A stretch of 64,000 bases of DNA from the NCBI GenBank assembly GCA_027492205.1, contig JAOZFN010000010.1, forward strand, positions 1-64,000, read 5' to 3'. Numbering within the stretch: position 1 is the first letter of the stretch; every line of letters starts with the position of its first letter. Below, piece by piece: positions 48,033-57,138 of the stretch. Made by a program: the position numbers and the translations under genes. The notes beneath the pieces were generated by a model. The model was given only the letters and a program-made list of their open reading frames with translations, was not told the DNA's origin and searched no databases. The DNA is from Thermoproteota archaeon (GTDB lineage Archaea; Korarchaeota; Korarchaeia; Korarchaeales; Korarchaeaceae).

Positions 48033-48194
48033 TCAGTCGACCCTCTCGAACAGGTCCTTGGAGGCCCCGCATATCGGGCAGACCCAGTCCCCCGGCAGAT
48101 CCTCGAACTTGGTGCCCGGGGCTATCCCGTGCGAGGGATCCCCCTTCTCCTCGTCTAGGACGTACCCGCAGACCGTGCACCTCCACTTCGCCAT
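48033..48194 (-). CDS. rub: Rubredoxin (absent from the ORF track)
   Basis: Own translation [53 protein letters not shown]; GAGGAGG RBS. Confidence 0.95.
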   Translation of the reverse strand: MAKWRCTVCGYVLDEEKGDPSHGIAPGTKFEDLPGDWVCPICGASKDLFERVD

Positions 48195-48205
48195 AGAGAC
48201 CCTCC

Positions 48206-48580
48206 TCACTCAACCTCAATTCTCTTGGAGTTCTCCCAGACCCCGTGGACATTGCAGTACTCCAAGGCGAAGAGGGTAGCCGACTTGACCAGCTTCATCT
48301 TGAAGGTGACCTTGGGCTCTGCGTACCCCGGGCCCAGATCGAAGGTGGCGATGTGGATGGGGTTGTACGGCCTGTCCTCTTCCCTGATGAAGACCTGAAT
48401 CCACTTGATGTGGTGTTCCACGGTGTTCGGGTGGGGAATGTCCTTGCCGACGATTATCGAGACCTCGAACTCTTCGCCAGCCTTCACCCTATCTGGGGCC
48501 TTGATGTGTGGGGTGTGCTTCTCCCCTCCCAGCTCGGCCTCCTTCTCACGGGTGTAGATCTGGTCTCCGAACCTCTCCAT
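48206..48580 (-). CDS. sor: Superoxide reductase (class II SOR/neelaredoxin)
   Basis: [25 protein letters not shown]. Confidence 0.93.
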   Translation of the reverse strand: MERFGDQIYTREKEAELGGEKHTPHIKAPDRVKAGEEFEVSIIVGKDIPHPNTVEHHIKWIQVFIREEDRPYNPIHIATFDLGPGYAEPKVTFKMKLVKSATLFALEYCNVHGVWENSKRIEVE

Positions 48581-48761
48581 GGGACTCAGACACCCGAATG
48601 TCGGGGTGCGGGTGGGAGGTTATAACCGTTGTTTTCTGAATTTGAATGTCGGCGATTCTGAACTCCTGGCGTTCTCCCTCCGACCCGCCGCCCATGTGGA
48701 GGTGGGTATCGAGGGTGGATCTGCAAGGACTTAAATCGCCAGGTGGCGGGCGGGGTCGGGC

Positions 48762-50951
48762 ATGGGGAAGGTCCTCGTAATCACCGAGAAGCCCAGGGTG
48801 GCCCAGAAGATAGCGCAGATCCTGGGTGAAGGGAGCGCCAAGTCGGAGAAGAGGGGCAGGGTGACCCTGTATCGATTCGAGAGGGATGGCGAGGAGTGGG
48901 TCGTTGCCCCCGCATCTGGACATGTCTTGGAGCTTGACTTTCCCGACTCAAAGAAGGAGTGGACCTTCCCCGTGATATACCCCCCGGAGGAGCTCGTGTT
49001 TCGACCCATCCGGTCAAAGTCCGCTTATCTGAGGGTTATCCGCGAGGAGGGCATAGACGCTGATCGAATCATAGTCGCCACCGACTTGGACACGGAGGGC
49101 TCTGCCATAGGACTGGAGATCGTTCGATACCTGGGCTGGGAGGGCGAGAAGGAGATACTGAGGGCCGAGTTCTCCGCCCTCACCCCAGAGGCGATAGAGA
49201 GGGCCTTCGCCGATCTGAGGCCCTTCGACTACCCCAGGGCGAACGCCGGATGGGCCAGGAGGGTTCTCGACCTCGAGTGGGGGGCCAACGTGACGCGCGC
49301 TCTCACGCTGTCTACGAGGGAGCACAGCTGGGTTAAGGTTCTCTCCGGTGGGAGAGTCCAGAGCCCGGCCCTGGCCCTGATAGTCAGGAGGGAGGAGGAG
49401 ATAAGGAACTTCGTTCCACGCAAGTACTACGTAGTCACCGCCACCTTCGAGACGCCCAGGGGGGAGACTTTCGAGGCCGTCGCCCTACCCCCCAAAGGAC
49501 AGGACAGGATCCGGGACAGGGAGCTGGCCGAGAAGATAAGGAAGGATGTCCTGAACGAGTTTGGCCTGGCCAAGGTCAGCGCAAGGGAGGTCAGCGTCCC
49601 TCCCCCGCCCCCGTTCAACGGCACCGACATGCAGGTGGAGGTAAGCAGGATCACCGGCCTGACGCCGAGACAGATAGCCGACAGGGCAAGGGGGATCGCT
49701 CAGCAACTCTATGAGGCCGGCTTGATCAGCTACATCGGCACTGAGAGTCAGAAGTACCCAAAGGAGTGGGGCAGGAAGGAGTTCGAGGCGATGGTCAGGG
49801 TGATCCAGAGATGGGAGCCGCTCAGGGACGTGGCAGGGTGGGTGCTGGAGAACATGAGGCCCAGGCCTGTGGAGGGAAGGAAGGACGACCCAGCCCACCC
49901 CTGCATCCATGTGGTCGGTGCCCCTAAGGGGCCCGACGACCTACCCACCAAGAGGCACGCGAGGGTCTACGAGGTCATAGCCAGGAGGGTCCTCGCTACG
50001 CTCTCGCCAGACGGCAGGGACAGGAGGACTAGGGTAGACGTGGAGGTAAGGGGGCACCCCTTCAGGGCCGCGGGCAGGGTGATCCTCGAGCGGGGATGGA
50101 GGCGGGTCTACCCTTACGCGAAGGCCGAGGAGAGGGAGCTTCCGAGGGTCGAGAGCGGGGAGAGGCTGAGGTGCGTCGACGTCAGGATCGAGGAGAAGGA
50201 GACCCAACCTCCCCCCCGCTACACCCCCAGGAGCCTGATCAGGGAGATGGAGAGGCTGGGCCTGGGGACCAAGAACACGAGGGCTCAGATCCTCGACATA
50301 CTCAGGGAGAGGGGGTACGTGGAGGGCAAGAGCTTCAAACCAACGCCCATCGGAGAGGCCGTGGTCAGAGCCCTGGAGAAGAGCGTTCCGGAGATAGTGA
50401 GCCCTGAGCTGACGGCTCAGCTTGACAGGGCCATGCAGGAGATAGAGCTGGGGAGAATGGACCACCGGGAGTTCCTCCAGAGCACGCTGAAGAGGCTGGA
50501 GGAGATCGCGAGTGAGTTCGAGCAGCGAGGCCTCGAGCTGGGCCAGTCGCTGGCCGAGGCCGTGAGGGCCCACAGGCGCGCGTCGCGCGAGGTGGGTACG
50601 TGCCCCAGGTGTGGGTCACCCCTGGTCATCCGCAGGTCTAGGTATGGCAGGTTCGTCTCCTGCTCGGCCTACCCGGAGTGTGACGTGAAGTACAACCTTT
50701 ATCCCGGCGAGGAGGTCCTGACCGACGCCTGCGTTTGCGGGCTGCCGCTCGTCAGGGGCAGGGTCCGCACCAAGTCAGGGAGGACTCTCCAGTACCTTCG
50801 GTGCCTTGGCAACTGCGACCAGACACCCCTGCGGTGCAGGGAGTGTGGAGCCCCGGCGGTGCCCAGGAAGGGCAGGTACGGGGTCTTCATCGCATGCACC
50901 CAGTGCGAGAAGGTGAACTACTTCGTGGTCAGGAGGCGCAGGTCCAGCTGA
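48762..50951 (+). CDS. topA: Type IA DNA topoisomerase with C-terminal zinc ribbons
   Basis: ITEKP, ATDLDTEG TOPRIM, SGGRVQSP, ISY active-site Tyr, AHPCI, C4 ribbons. Confidence 0.92.
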   Translation: MGKVLVITEKPRVAQKIAQILGEGSAKSEKRGRVTLYRFERDGEEWVVAPASGHVLELDFPDSKKEWTFPVIYPPEELVFRPIRSKSAYLRVIREEGIDADRIIVATDLDTEGSAIGLEIVRYLGWEGEKEILRAEFSALTPEAIERAFADLRPFDYPRANAGWARRVLDLEWGANVTRALTLSTREHSWVKVLSGGRVQSPALALIVRREEEIRNFVPRKYYVVTATFETPRGETFEAVALPPKGQDRIRDRELAEKIRKDVLNEFGLAKVSAREVSVPPPPPFNGTDMQVEVSRITGLTPRQIADRARGIAQQLYEAGLISYIGTESQKYPKEWGRKEFEAMVRVIQRWEPLRDVAGWVLENMRPRPVEGRKDDPAHPCIHVVGAPKGPDDLPTKRHARVYEVIARRVLATLSPDGRDRRTRVDVEVRGHPFRAAGRVILERGWRRVYPYAKAEERELPRVESGERLRCVDVRIEEKETQPPPRYTPRSLIREMERLGLGTKNTRAQILDILRERGYVEGKSFKPTPIGEAVVRALEKSVPEIVSPELTAQLDRAMQEIELGRMDHREFLQSTLKRLEEIASEFEQRGLELGQSLAEAVRAHRRASREVGTCPRCGSPLVIRRSRYGRFVSCSAYPECDVKYNLYPGEEVLTDACVCGLPLVRGRVRTKSGRTLQYLRCLGNCDQTPLRCRECGAPAVPRKGRYGVFIACTQCEKVNYFVVRRRRSS

Positions 50952-50999
50952 TCAGATGGACCCGCCGGGATTGGGGGGCAAAGGGGAGGGGAAGGGTGG

Positions 51000-52355
51000 T
51001 TAGACTCCCTTCATCCACGTCTGGACCTCGTTAAAGAGGGCCCTTTCCTCGGCGTACCACCTCTCGAACCCCTCTGGAGAATCTGGGAAGTTAGAGTACA
51101 GCTCGACGGCCCTGTCCATGTACTCCTTTACCTTCACCAGCTGCCTAAGCACGGAAGGCCTTCTGAGGAGCTTCAGACCAGAGGAGACCCGCCGGACTAT
51201 GTCGGACGCCAGCCTGCCCCTCGCTCCTATGTCGTAGATGTCCTCGCCTGACACCACGCCGGAGGATATGATGAAGTCGAGGTCGTCGTTGGTGAGCCTC
51301 TGCAGGTAGAGCCTGAGCACGTCAAGCCCGGCTTGCTTGGCTCCGTAGAGCTTGTGGTACCTCTTGTGGTAGCTCCAGAGGCCGGCCACGGTGAAGTCAC
51401 CCCTCTCGCTCGCCTCCAGGACTGCCTCCGCCGCGGCCTTTGCGCCCAGCATGCTGGGCCCGATACCGCCGCCGTGGATTGGGTTGGCCGCGCAGATGGC
51501 ATCTCCGACGGCTAAGAACCCGTTCCAGGCCATGCAGGGGACTGTTCTCCTGGTCGGGACGACGCCCCCGCCAACGTGCAGCCTCCGGCTCACCCTGTAC
51601 CGCGGCTCGAGGACATCCTCGTACACCCTTCTGGGGTTCGGGTTGCCGGGTATGGCCTGGACCCCAAGCCCAAGGTTGATGTAATTCCCCCCCTTGTGGA
51701 AGGACCACCAGTACCCTCCAGGCGCTATTTCCACGTTGAGGTAGATCACGGCGTAGCCCCTCTCCCTCTCGGGCACCTCCTCAACCTCTATCTCTCCCCT
51801 GTAGGCTGCGATGAGATCCTCCTTAGGCACCCTGTAGGAGACCCACCAGCCCTCTGGGAGCTTGCCCCTGAGGGTCGCCGTGGCGCCGGTGGCGTCGATA
51901 ACGACGCTGGACCTGATCTCAAAGACCTTCCTTCCCCTGAGATCTCGCACCTTCACTCCTACCACGTTCGAGCCCTCGACGAGGGGCTCGAAGGCGTGGT
52001 GCTCGCCGAAGAACTCGGCGCCAGCCTGCTCAGCCATAGAGAGGAGCCTCTGTCCGAAGTGATGCCTGCTCAGGGCGTAGCCCTCTCCCTCCACGATGAT
52101 GACGTCCCTCTCGTTGGGCGCGAAGACCTTTACGCCCCGGAACTTCCCCTCGACCTCGGGCCCCGTGGGGTGGGGTATCCCGACCCTGTCAAAGTGCCGG
52201 ACGTCTATGGCGTCCCCGCAGACCTTGTCGCCCACGCTCTCTCTGGGCTTCATGTCCAGCAGGGCCACCTTGAGCCCGCCCCTTGCCAAGAAGTAGGCGG
52301 CCGTGGCACCTGCGGACCCAGCCCCGGCCACCACCACGTCGTACCTCTCGGCCAT
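51000..52355 (-). CDS. Digeranylgeranylglycerophospholipid reductase
   Basis: GAGSAG, KVCGDA, APGGYWWSF, GDA..ANPIHGGGI. Confidence 0.88.
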   Translation of the reverse strand: MAERYDVVVAGAGSAGATAAYFLARGGLKVALLDMKPRESVGDKVCGDAIDVRHFDRVGIPHPTGPEVEGKFRGVKVFAPNERDVIIVEGEGYALSRHHFGQRLLSMAEQAGAEFFGEHHAFEPLVEGSNVVGVKVRDLRGRKVFEIRSSVVIDATGATATLRGKLPEGWWVSYRVPKEDLIAAYRGEIEVEEVPERERGYAVIYLNVEIAPGGYWWSFHKGGNYINLGLGVQAIPGNPNPRRVYEDVLEPRYRVSRRLHVGGGVVPTRRTVPCMAWNGFLAVGDAICAANPIHGGGIGPSMLGAKAAAEAVLEASERGDFTVAGLWSYHKRYHKLYGAKQAGLDVLRLYLQRLTNDDLDFIISSGVVSGEDIYDIGARGRLASDIVRRVSSGLKLLRRPSVLRQLVKVKEYMDRAVELYSNFPDSPEGFERWYAEERALFNEVQTWMKGV

Positions 52356-52432
52356 GTCATCACCCGGTGCGCGCGGGGCACCAGGTGCGCCATCTTATAA
52401 GGGAGAGGTGAGGGCGGCGTCACCTGGTCCGG

Positions 52433-52879
52433 ATGACGGAACCTGGGTGGGCCGACTCGATCATGGCCCTCGTAGAGGCCAAGATCGAGCACACGGTCAG
52501 GGGGATAGAGGAGACCCTCAGGCAAGTCTTGGAGAGGCGCGGGGTGAGCAGGGAGGAGCTTGTTTCCGCATTGGAGAGGCTTCAGGAGGGGTTCTCCCTG
52601 CTGTCCCAGCGCTGGGTGCTGCCGGTGATGATAGTCCTGCTCCTGGGGGGAGAGCAGAGGTTCAGCTCCCTCAAGAGGACCCTCGGCGTTGGGTCTAGGG
52701 TGCTCACCGACAAGCTGAAGGCCCTGGAGCGCGCCGGCTTAGTGGTTAGGAGGGTCGAGCCCGGCCCCCCCATCTCGACATGGTACTCCCTGACGCCGCG
52801 CGGGAGGGAAATGGCCCTGCTGGCGATACCCCTCCTCTACCGGGCTGCGGCGACTCCGACCATGCCCGCGGACGGATAG
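52433..52879 (+). CDS. HxlR family wHTH regulator
   Basis: RWVLPV, RFSSLKRTL, LTDKLKALE..GLV.R, YSLT.RG. Confidence 0.88.
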   Translation: MTEPGWADSIMALVEAKIEHTVRGIEETLRQVLERRGVSREELVSALERLQEGFSLLSQRWVLPVMIVLLLGGEQRFSSLKRTLGVGSRVLTDKLKALERAGLVVRRVEPGPPISTWYSLTPRGREMALLAIPLLYRAAATPTMPADG

Positions 52880-52926
52880 GAGGCCGGGAGGCGGAAAGTT
52901 TTATCTATGCCCCCCTCGGGAGGAGG

Positions 52927-54183
52927 GTGCCCCTCTACGACGTCATCGTCGTTGGCGCAGGTCCTTCTGGCTCTACGGCGGCCAGGCTGCTCTCAGAGAG
53001 TGGCTTTCGAGTCCTCCTGATTGAGAGGGCGCGCCACCCCAGGAGGAAGGTCTGCGGGGGAGCGCTGTCCCTGAGGGCGGTCCGGCGCTACGGCATTCCC
53101 ATAGAAGAGGCCGCCGAGATAAGGGACGTCTTCCTGTGGGGACCAGGCGGAGCGGAAGTGGTGGTCCCCTCCGACAGGCCAGTCGGGTACCTCATGCCAA
53201 GGGAGAGGTTGGACGAGATTCTCTTCAGGAGGGCCCTCGAGTCCGGCGCGGAGGCCGCTCAGGGAGAGGCGGTCGTCAACGTGGATGTGTCCGGCGAGGG
53301 GGTGCTCGTGACGACGACGAGGGGCAGGTACTCGGCGAGGGCGGTGGTGGGCGCCGATGGCTTTGCCTCGAGGGTGAGAGAGTCTCTGGGCCTGACTCCG
53401 CGTGGGTGGTTCACCGATAACGCCTTCTGCCCCGTCTGCTACGTCCCCCTAGACTCAGCCGGGGAGCTGACGGGAGACGCGGAATTCTACCTAGGCGTCT
53501 ACGGGGAGGGATACGCGTGGATATTCAAGCACCGAGACCACCTGAACATCGGGATAGGGACCTTCTTGAGGAACTACAAGTCTCACCCGGCCACTCTCCT
53601 GGTCGAGTTCCTCCGACGGCACTCTGAGGCCTCCTCTAGGGTACTGGAGCCCCCCCAAGAGTCCAAGATCGTCGGCTCCTACATCCCATACGACGGCGCC
53701 ATCCCAAAGACGTACTCGGAGAGGGCACTCCTGGTCGGAGATTCAGCCGGTTTCGTCAGCACGCTGACGGGGGAGGGGATCTACCACGCCATGCTGTCCT
53801 CCGAGCTGGCCGTCGACGTCCTCTCGAGGTCCTTGGAGGAGGGGGATCTATCGGAAGAGCGGCTCTCCGAGTATCAGAGGAGGTGGCTGCGGGAGCCCGA
53901 GCTCGGTGAGATGCTCGCGTACGGGAAGCTCCTGAGGAACCTCCTGTTCAAAGATCCCAGGCTGCTCTCGAGAGTCCTCAAGGCCGCCTCCGAGGACGTG
54001 GAGCTGGCTAGACTGATAAGGGACATAGTGTTCGGCCTCAAGGGGTACAAGGCAGGCGCCTGGGAGCTAGCGAGGAGGATACCGCTTCGGGTGGCAATGG
54101 ACATGCTCCTGCTTGCTCCAGGGGACGTCTTCAGGCTTGCCGCCGGGTCCTCCAGCCCATTCTTCGGGGGTGGTGAGGGCTGA
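52927..54183 (+). CDS. Geranylgeranyl reductase family flavoprotein
   Basis: GAGPSG, KVCGG, GADG, GYAWIF, GDSAG..TGEGIY. Confidence 0.88.
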   Translation: MPLYDVIVVGAGPSGSTAARLLSESGFRVLLIERARHPRRKVCGGALSLRAVRRYGIPIEEAAEIRDVFLWGPGGAEVVVPSDRPVGYLMPRERLDEILFRRALESGAEAAQGEAVVNVDVSGEGVLVTTTRGRYSARAVVGADGFASRVRESLGLTPRGWFTDNAFCPVCYVPLDSAGELTGDAEFYLGVYGEGYAWIFKHRDHLNIGIGTFLRNYKSHPATLLVEFLRRHSEASSRVLEPPQESKIVGSYIPYDGAIPKTYSERALLVGDSAGFVSTLTGEGIYHAMLSSELAVDVLSRSLEEGDLSEERLSEYQRRWLREPELGEMLAYGKLLRNLLFKDPRLLSRVLKAASEDVELARLIRDIVFGLKGYKAGAWELARRIPLRVAMDMLLLAPGDVFRLAAGSSSPFFGGGEG

Positions 54184-54605
54184 GGCTCAAGATCTCCTGT
54201 CCTAGGTGCGGAAGGGAGGAGGACCTCGGAGATCCCGAGAGGCTCGCGACCAAGGCGCTCGAGTCCCCAGCCAAAGTCGCGGTGGTGGCCCTGGATCACG
54301 GGAGTCACATCCTCCTGGTGATGGTGGACGAGAGGGGTCAGGTGGTGGGCACCGAGGTCTCAGAGAGGGCCTCGGCCGGCGGGGTGTTGGACCGGATCCG
54401 GATCAGGCCCCTCCCGTCCAAGAATCCCCCGAGCTTGGACGCCCTCTCCAGGGACGAGTGGAGGGTATTTGCCCTATGTGACGGGATCAGGACCACTCAT
54501 GAGATATCGTCGATCCTCGGGATCCCCGAGGGGATGGTCCGTCTCATAGTGGAGTCCCTCAGGGCGAGGGGCTACCTCTCTGAGGTGGTGGTGGAGGTGG
54601 GTTGA
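54180..54605 (+). CDS. Zn-binding (CPRC...H..H) domain plus C-terminal wHTH protein
   Basis: Frame extends to CTG 54180: (M)RLKISCPRCG...DHGSHILLVMVD; CDGIRTTHEI..LRARGYL. Confidence 0.7.
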   Translation: MRLKISCPRCGREEDLGDPERLATKALESPAKVAVVALDHGSHILLVMVDERGQVVGTEVSERASAGGVLDRIRIRPLPSKNPPSLDALSRDEWRVFALCDGIRTTHEISSILGIPEGMVRLIVESLRARGYLSEVVVEVG

Positions 54606-54606
54606 G

Positions 54607-55284
54607 TTGATCAGGTCGAGTCCTCTCGCGGTCCTGATAGCCAAGGCCAGAAAGAGGCTGGGAGGCAGCGTCGTGGACACCTTCACCCTCAACAGGGTCT
54701 ACATGATGGCCGTGACCGAGATGTCCGGGTCGCACGGACCAGAGGAGAGCGCGAGGAGGCTGTTCGAGTGGGGTTACGCGATGGGCCACGCGTACCTCCT
54801 GAAGCTGGAGAAGGACCTGAGGGCCTACCCGCCCAACCTTCGAACCGTGAGGTTCATAGGAAGGCTGGCCTGGTACATGTTCTCGGGCAACGACCCGCAG
54901 GTTGAGGCCTGGGAGGAGCGGGGCCCGGGAGGCCCGTGGTTCCACCTGAGCATAAGGGACCCGAAGTCCCCCTGGGCCTCCGGGGTGAGCATGGGGAGGA
55001 GGATCTGCCACTACCCGGCCGGGGCCTACGAGGCCGCCGGGAGCACGTTCTTCGCCCTCGTGGAGGACATGGGACACTACGTCATCTCGAGGGAGACGAG
55101 GTGCATAGCCAGGGGGGACGAGCACTGCGAACTCACCTGGGTGGCCGTTCCCAAGTCCGTCCCGCTGGACGAGGCGATTAGGCGCCTGAGGCCGAGGTTC
55201 GGAGATTCGCTCGAGGAGATACCCCCTGAAGTGACCGCGGATCTATACAGGAGGGTGTTCGGTCGGGCCCCGGGTGGGGAGTGA
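54607..55284 (+). CDS. V4R-domain protein
   Basis: RLFEWGYAMG, ICHYPAG, ETRCIARGDEHC. Confidence 0.8.
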   Translation: MIRSSPLAVLIAKARKRLGGSVVDTFTLNRVYMMAVTEMSGSHGPEESARRLFEWGYAMGHAYLLKLEKDLRAYPPNLRTVRFIGRLAWYMFSGNDPQVEAWEERGPGGPWFHLSIRDPKSPWASGVSMGRRICHYPAGAYEAAGSTFFALVEDMGHYVISRETRCIARGDEHCELTWVAVPKSVPLDEAIRRLRPRFGDSLEEIPPEVTADLYRRVFGRAPGGE

Positions 55285-55290
55285 GGCACG

Positions 55291-55815
55291 CTGAACCCGC
55301 TGGTGCCCTTCGGAGACCGCAGGCCCAGGGTTCACCACAGCTCCTTCGTGGATCCGGGCGCCAGGATCTCCGGGGACGTCGAGATAGGGCCGAGGTGCGC
55401 GATCCTCTTTGGCGCGGCGGTTCGAGGGGACGACGAGCCGGTGAGGATACTCGAGCGCTCTGTGGTCCTCGAGCACGCCCTGATCGAGGCTCCAAGTGGT
55501 CACCCGGCCGTGGTGGGCCCTGGGGCCTTGATCTCCCACGGCGCCATAGTCCACGGCGCGGAGGTTCGGAGGGGGGCTCTCGTCGGGATAGGCGCCATAG
55601 TGCTCGACGGCGCCGTCGTCGGGGAGGAGTCGATCGTGGCCGCCGGGGCGGTGGTCCCACCCGGGAGGGTGGTAGAGCCCGGGTGGCTCGTCGCGGGAAT
55701 CCCGGCCAAGCCGGTCAGGGAGGTCTCCGCTGACGAGAGATCTCGAACCGCCGAAGAGATTGAGAGGGTCCTGGCAAAGGCGGAGGTCTATAGGAGGCAC
55801 TTGGAGGGCCCGTGA
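55291..55815 (+). CDS. Gamma carbonic anhydrase-like hexapeptide protein
   Basis: GDVEIG, VRGD, SHGAIVHG, GIPAKPVR; start at CTG 55291/55300 or GTG 55303. Confidence 0.88.
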   Translation: MNPLVPFGDRRPRVHHSSFVDPGARISGDVEIGPRCAILFGAAVRGDDEPVRILERSVVLEHALIEAPSGHPAVVGPGALISHGAIVHGAEVRRGALVGIGAIVLDGAVVGEESIVAAGAVVPPGRVVEPGWLVAGIPAKPVREVSADERSRTAEEIERVLAKAEVYRRHLEGP

Positions 55816-55821
55816 TGGGCC

Positions 55822-56415
55822 TCACTCCAGACTGGCGTGTCTGCGGGCTATGTCCTCCTCGGTCTTCCCGAGCCTGCTGGCGAGTTCGGAGATGAGCGCG
55901 TCGCAGAAGATCATGGTGGACAGCTCGAAGAGAGTGCCTAGGGGGGTGAGAGGCTCGTGGATTCCCATTATCTGTCTGGACTCGTAGTCGGTTGTGGTCT
56001 CCGGCTTGATTCTACCCCTTATCGTGACGACAACATCCGCGAGCCTTCCTATCGTGGAGTCGGGGTAGCTTGTGATCGCCGCTATGACGCCGCCCAGCTT
56101 CTTGGCCTCTCTGGCTATGGTGCTAGGATAGAGGGTCTCCCCTGAGCCGCTTATCACGATGAGCAGGTCTCCGGGGTCCATCCTGGGAGTGGTGGTCTCC
56201 CCGACCACGTGCACCGAGAAGCCCAGATGCATCAGCCTCATTGCGAACGCCCTGGCCACCAGGCCGGACCTGCCGGCGCCGACGACGAATATACTCCGGT
56301 CACCCAGCGTCCTGAGGATAGCCGAGGCCAGCCTGTCGACCGCCCCCTCGTCCAAGGTGGCGAGGTTCTCCCTCAGGGTGTCAATCAGCAGGAGCGCCCT
56401 CTCTCTGACTCCCAG
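55822..56415 (-). CDS. hxlB: 6-phospho-3-hexuloisomerase
   Basis: GAGRSGLV..FAMRLMHLG, ISGSGET, PLGTLFE, RHASLE; CTG start inferred. Confidence 0.92.
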   Translation of the reverse strand: MGVRERALLLIDTLRENLATLDEGAVDRLASAILRTLGDRSIFVVGAGRSGLVARAFAMRLMHLGFSVHVVGETTTPRMDPGDLLIVISGSGETLYPSTIAREAKKLGGVIAAITSYPDSTIGRLADVVVTIRGRIKPETTTDYESRQIMGIHEPLTPLGTLFELSTMIFCDALISELASRLGKTEEDIARRHASLE

Positions 56416-56474
56416 GGCGATCCCCTCTGCCCGTCCCGCTCACCAAATATATTGTTGCCCCGGCGCATTCTAGT

Positions 56475-57101
56475 GTGGAGGTCTTCGTATCCCTGGACGT
56501 GGTTGAACTTGGGCGCGCCATAAGGATAGCCCTCGAGGCCTGGAGCGCCGGAATAAGGCACATCGAGGTTGGGACCCCGCTCATAAAGTCCGAGGGGGTC
56601 CGCGCCATCAGGGCCCTCAGGGAAGCGCTGCCGGAGGCCGTGATATTCGCCGACACGAAAACGGCCGACGTGGGGTCTTTAGAGGCTCGAATGGCCCTAG
56701 AGGCGGGGGCGGACATAATGAGCGTGCTGGGGGCAGCTCCCGACGCCACCATAAGGTCCGCGGTGGCGGCAGCCCGCGAACTCGGCGGAACCGTTCTAGT
56801 GGACAGCTTGGGGCTGGGAGACAGGATCTTCGAGAGGGCAAGGGTCGCCTCGAGGCTGGGCGCTGAGATGATATGCCTACACAAGGGCGTAGACGAGGGG
56901 ATCTTTTCGGATGAGGCCCTCCTAACCGAGCTCAGGGATCTCGGCGTAAAGATAGGCGCGGCGGGCGGGCTTGACCCCGAGGGCATCTCCAAGCTGGTTG
57001 GGCTGGCGGACTTCGTCATGGTCGGGAGGTACGTTACCGGCAGTGAGGACCCCAGGAGGGCGGCCGCTCGGGTGCTGGAGGCGGCTCGCAACTCACGTTA
57101 G
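56475..57101 (+). CDS. hxlA: 3-hexulose-6-phosphate synthase
   Basis: SLD, EVGTPLIKSEG, ADTKTADVG..E, HKGVD, AAGG, VGR. Confidence 0.9.
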   Translation: MEVFVSLDVVELGRAIRIALEAWSAGIRHIEVGTPLIKSEGVRAIRALREALPEAVIFADTKTADVGSLEARMALEAGADIMSVLGAAPDATIRSAVAAARELGGTVLVDSLGLGDRIFERARVASRLGAEMICLHKGVDEGIFSDEALLTELRDLGVKIGAAGGLDPEGISKLVGLADFVMVGRYVTGSEDPRRAAARVLEAARNSR

Positions 57102-57138
57102 CTCCCACCGAACACCTGACGAGAGATCTGCTCTCTTA

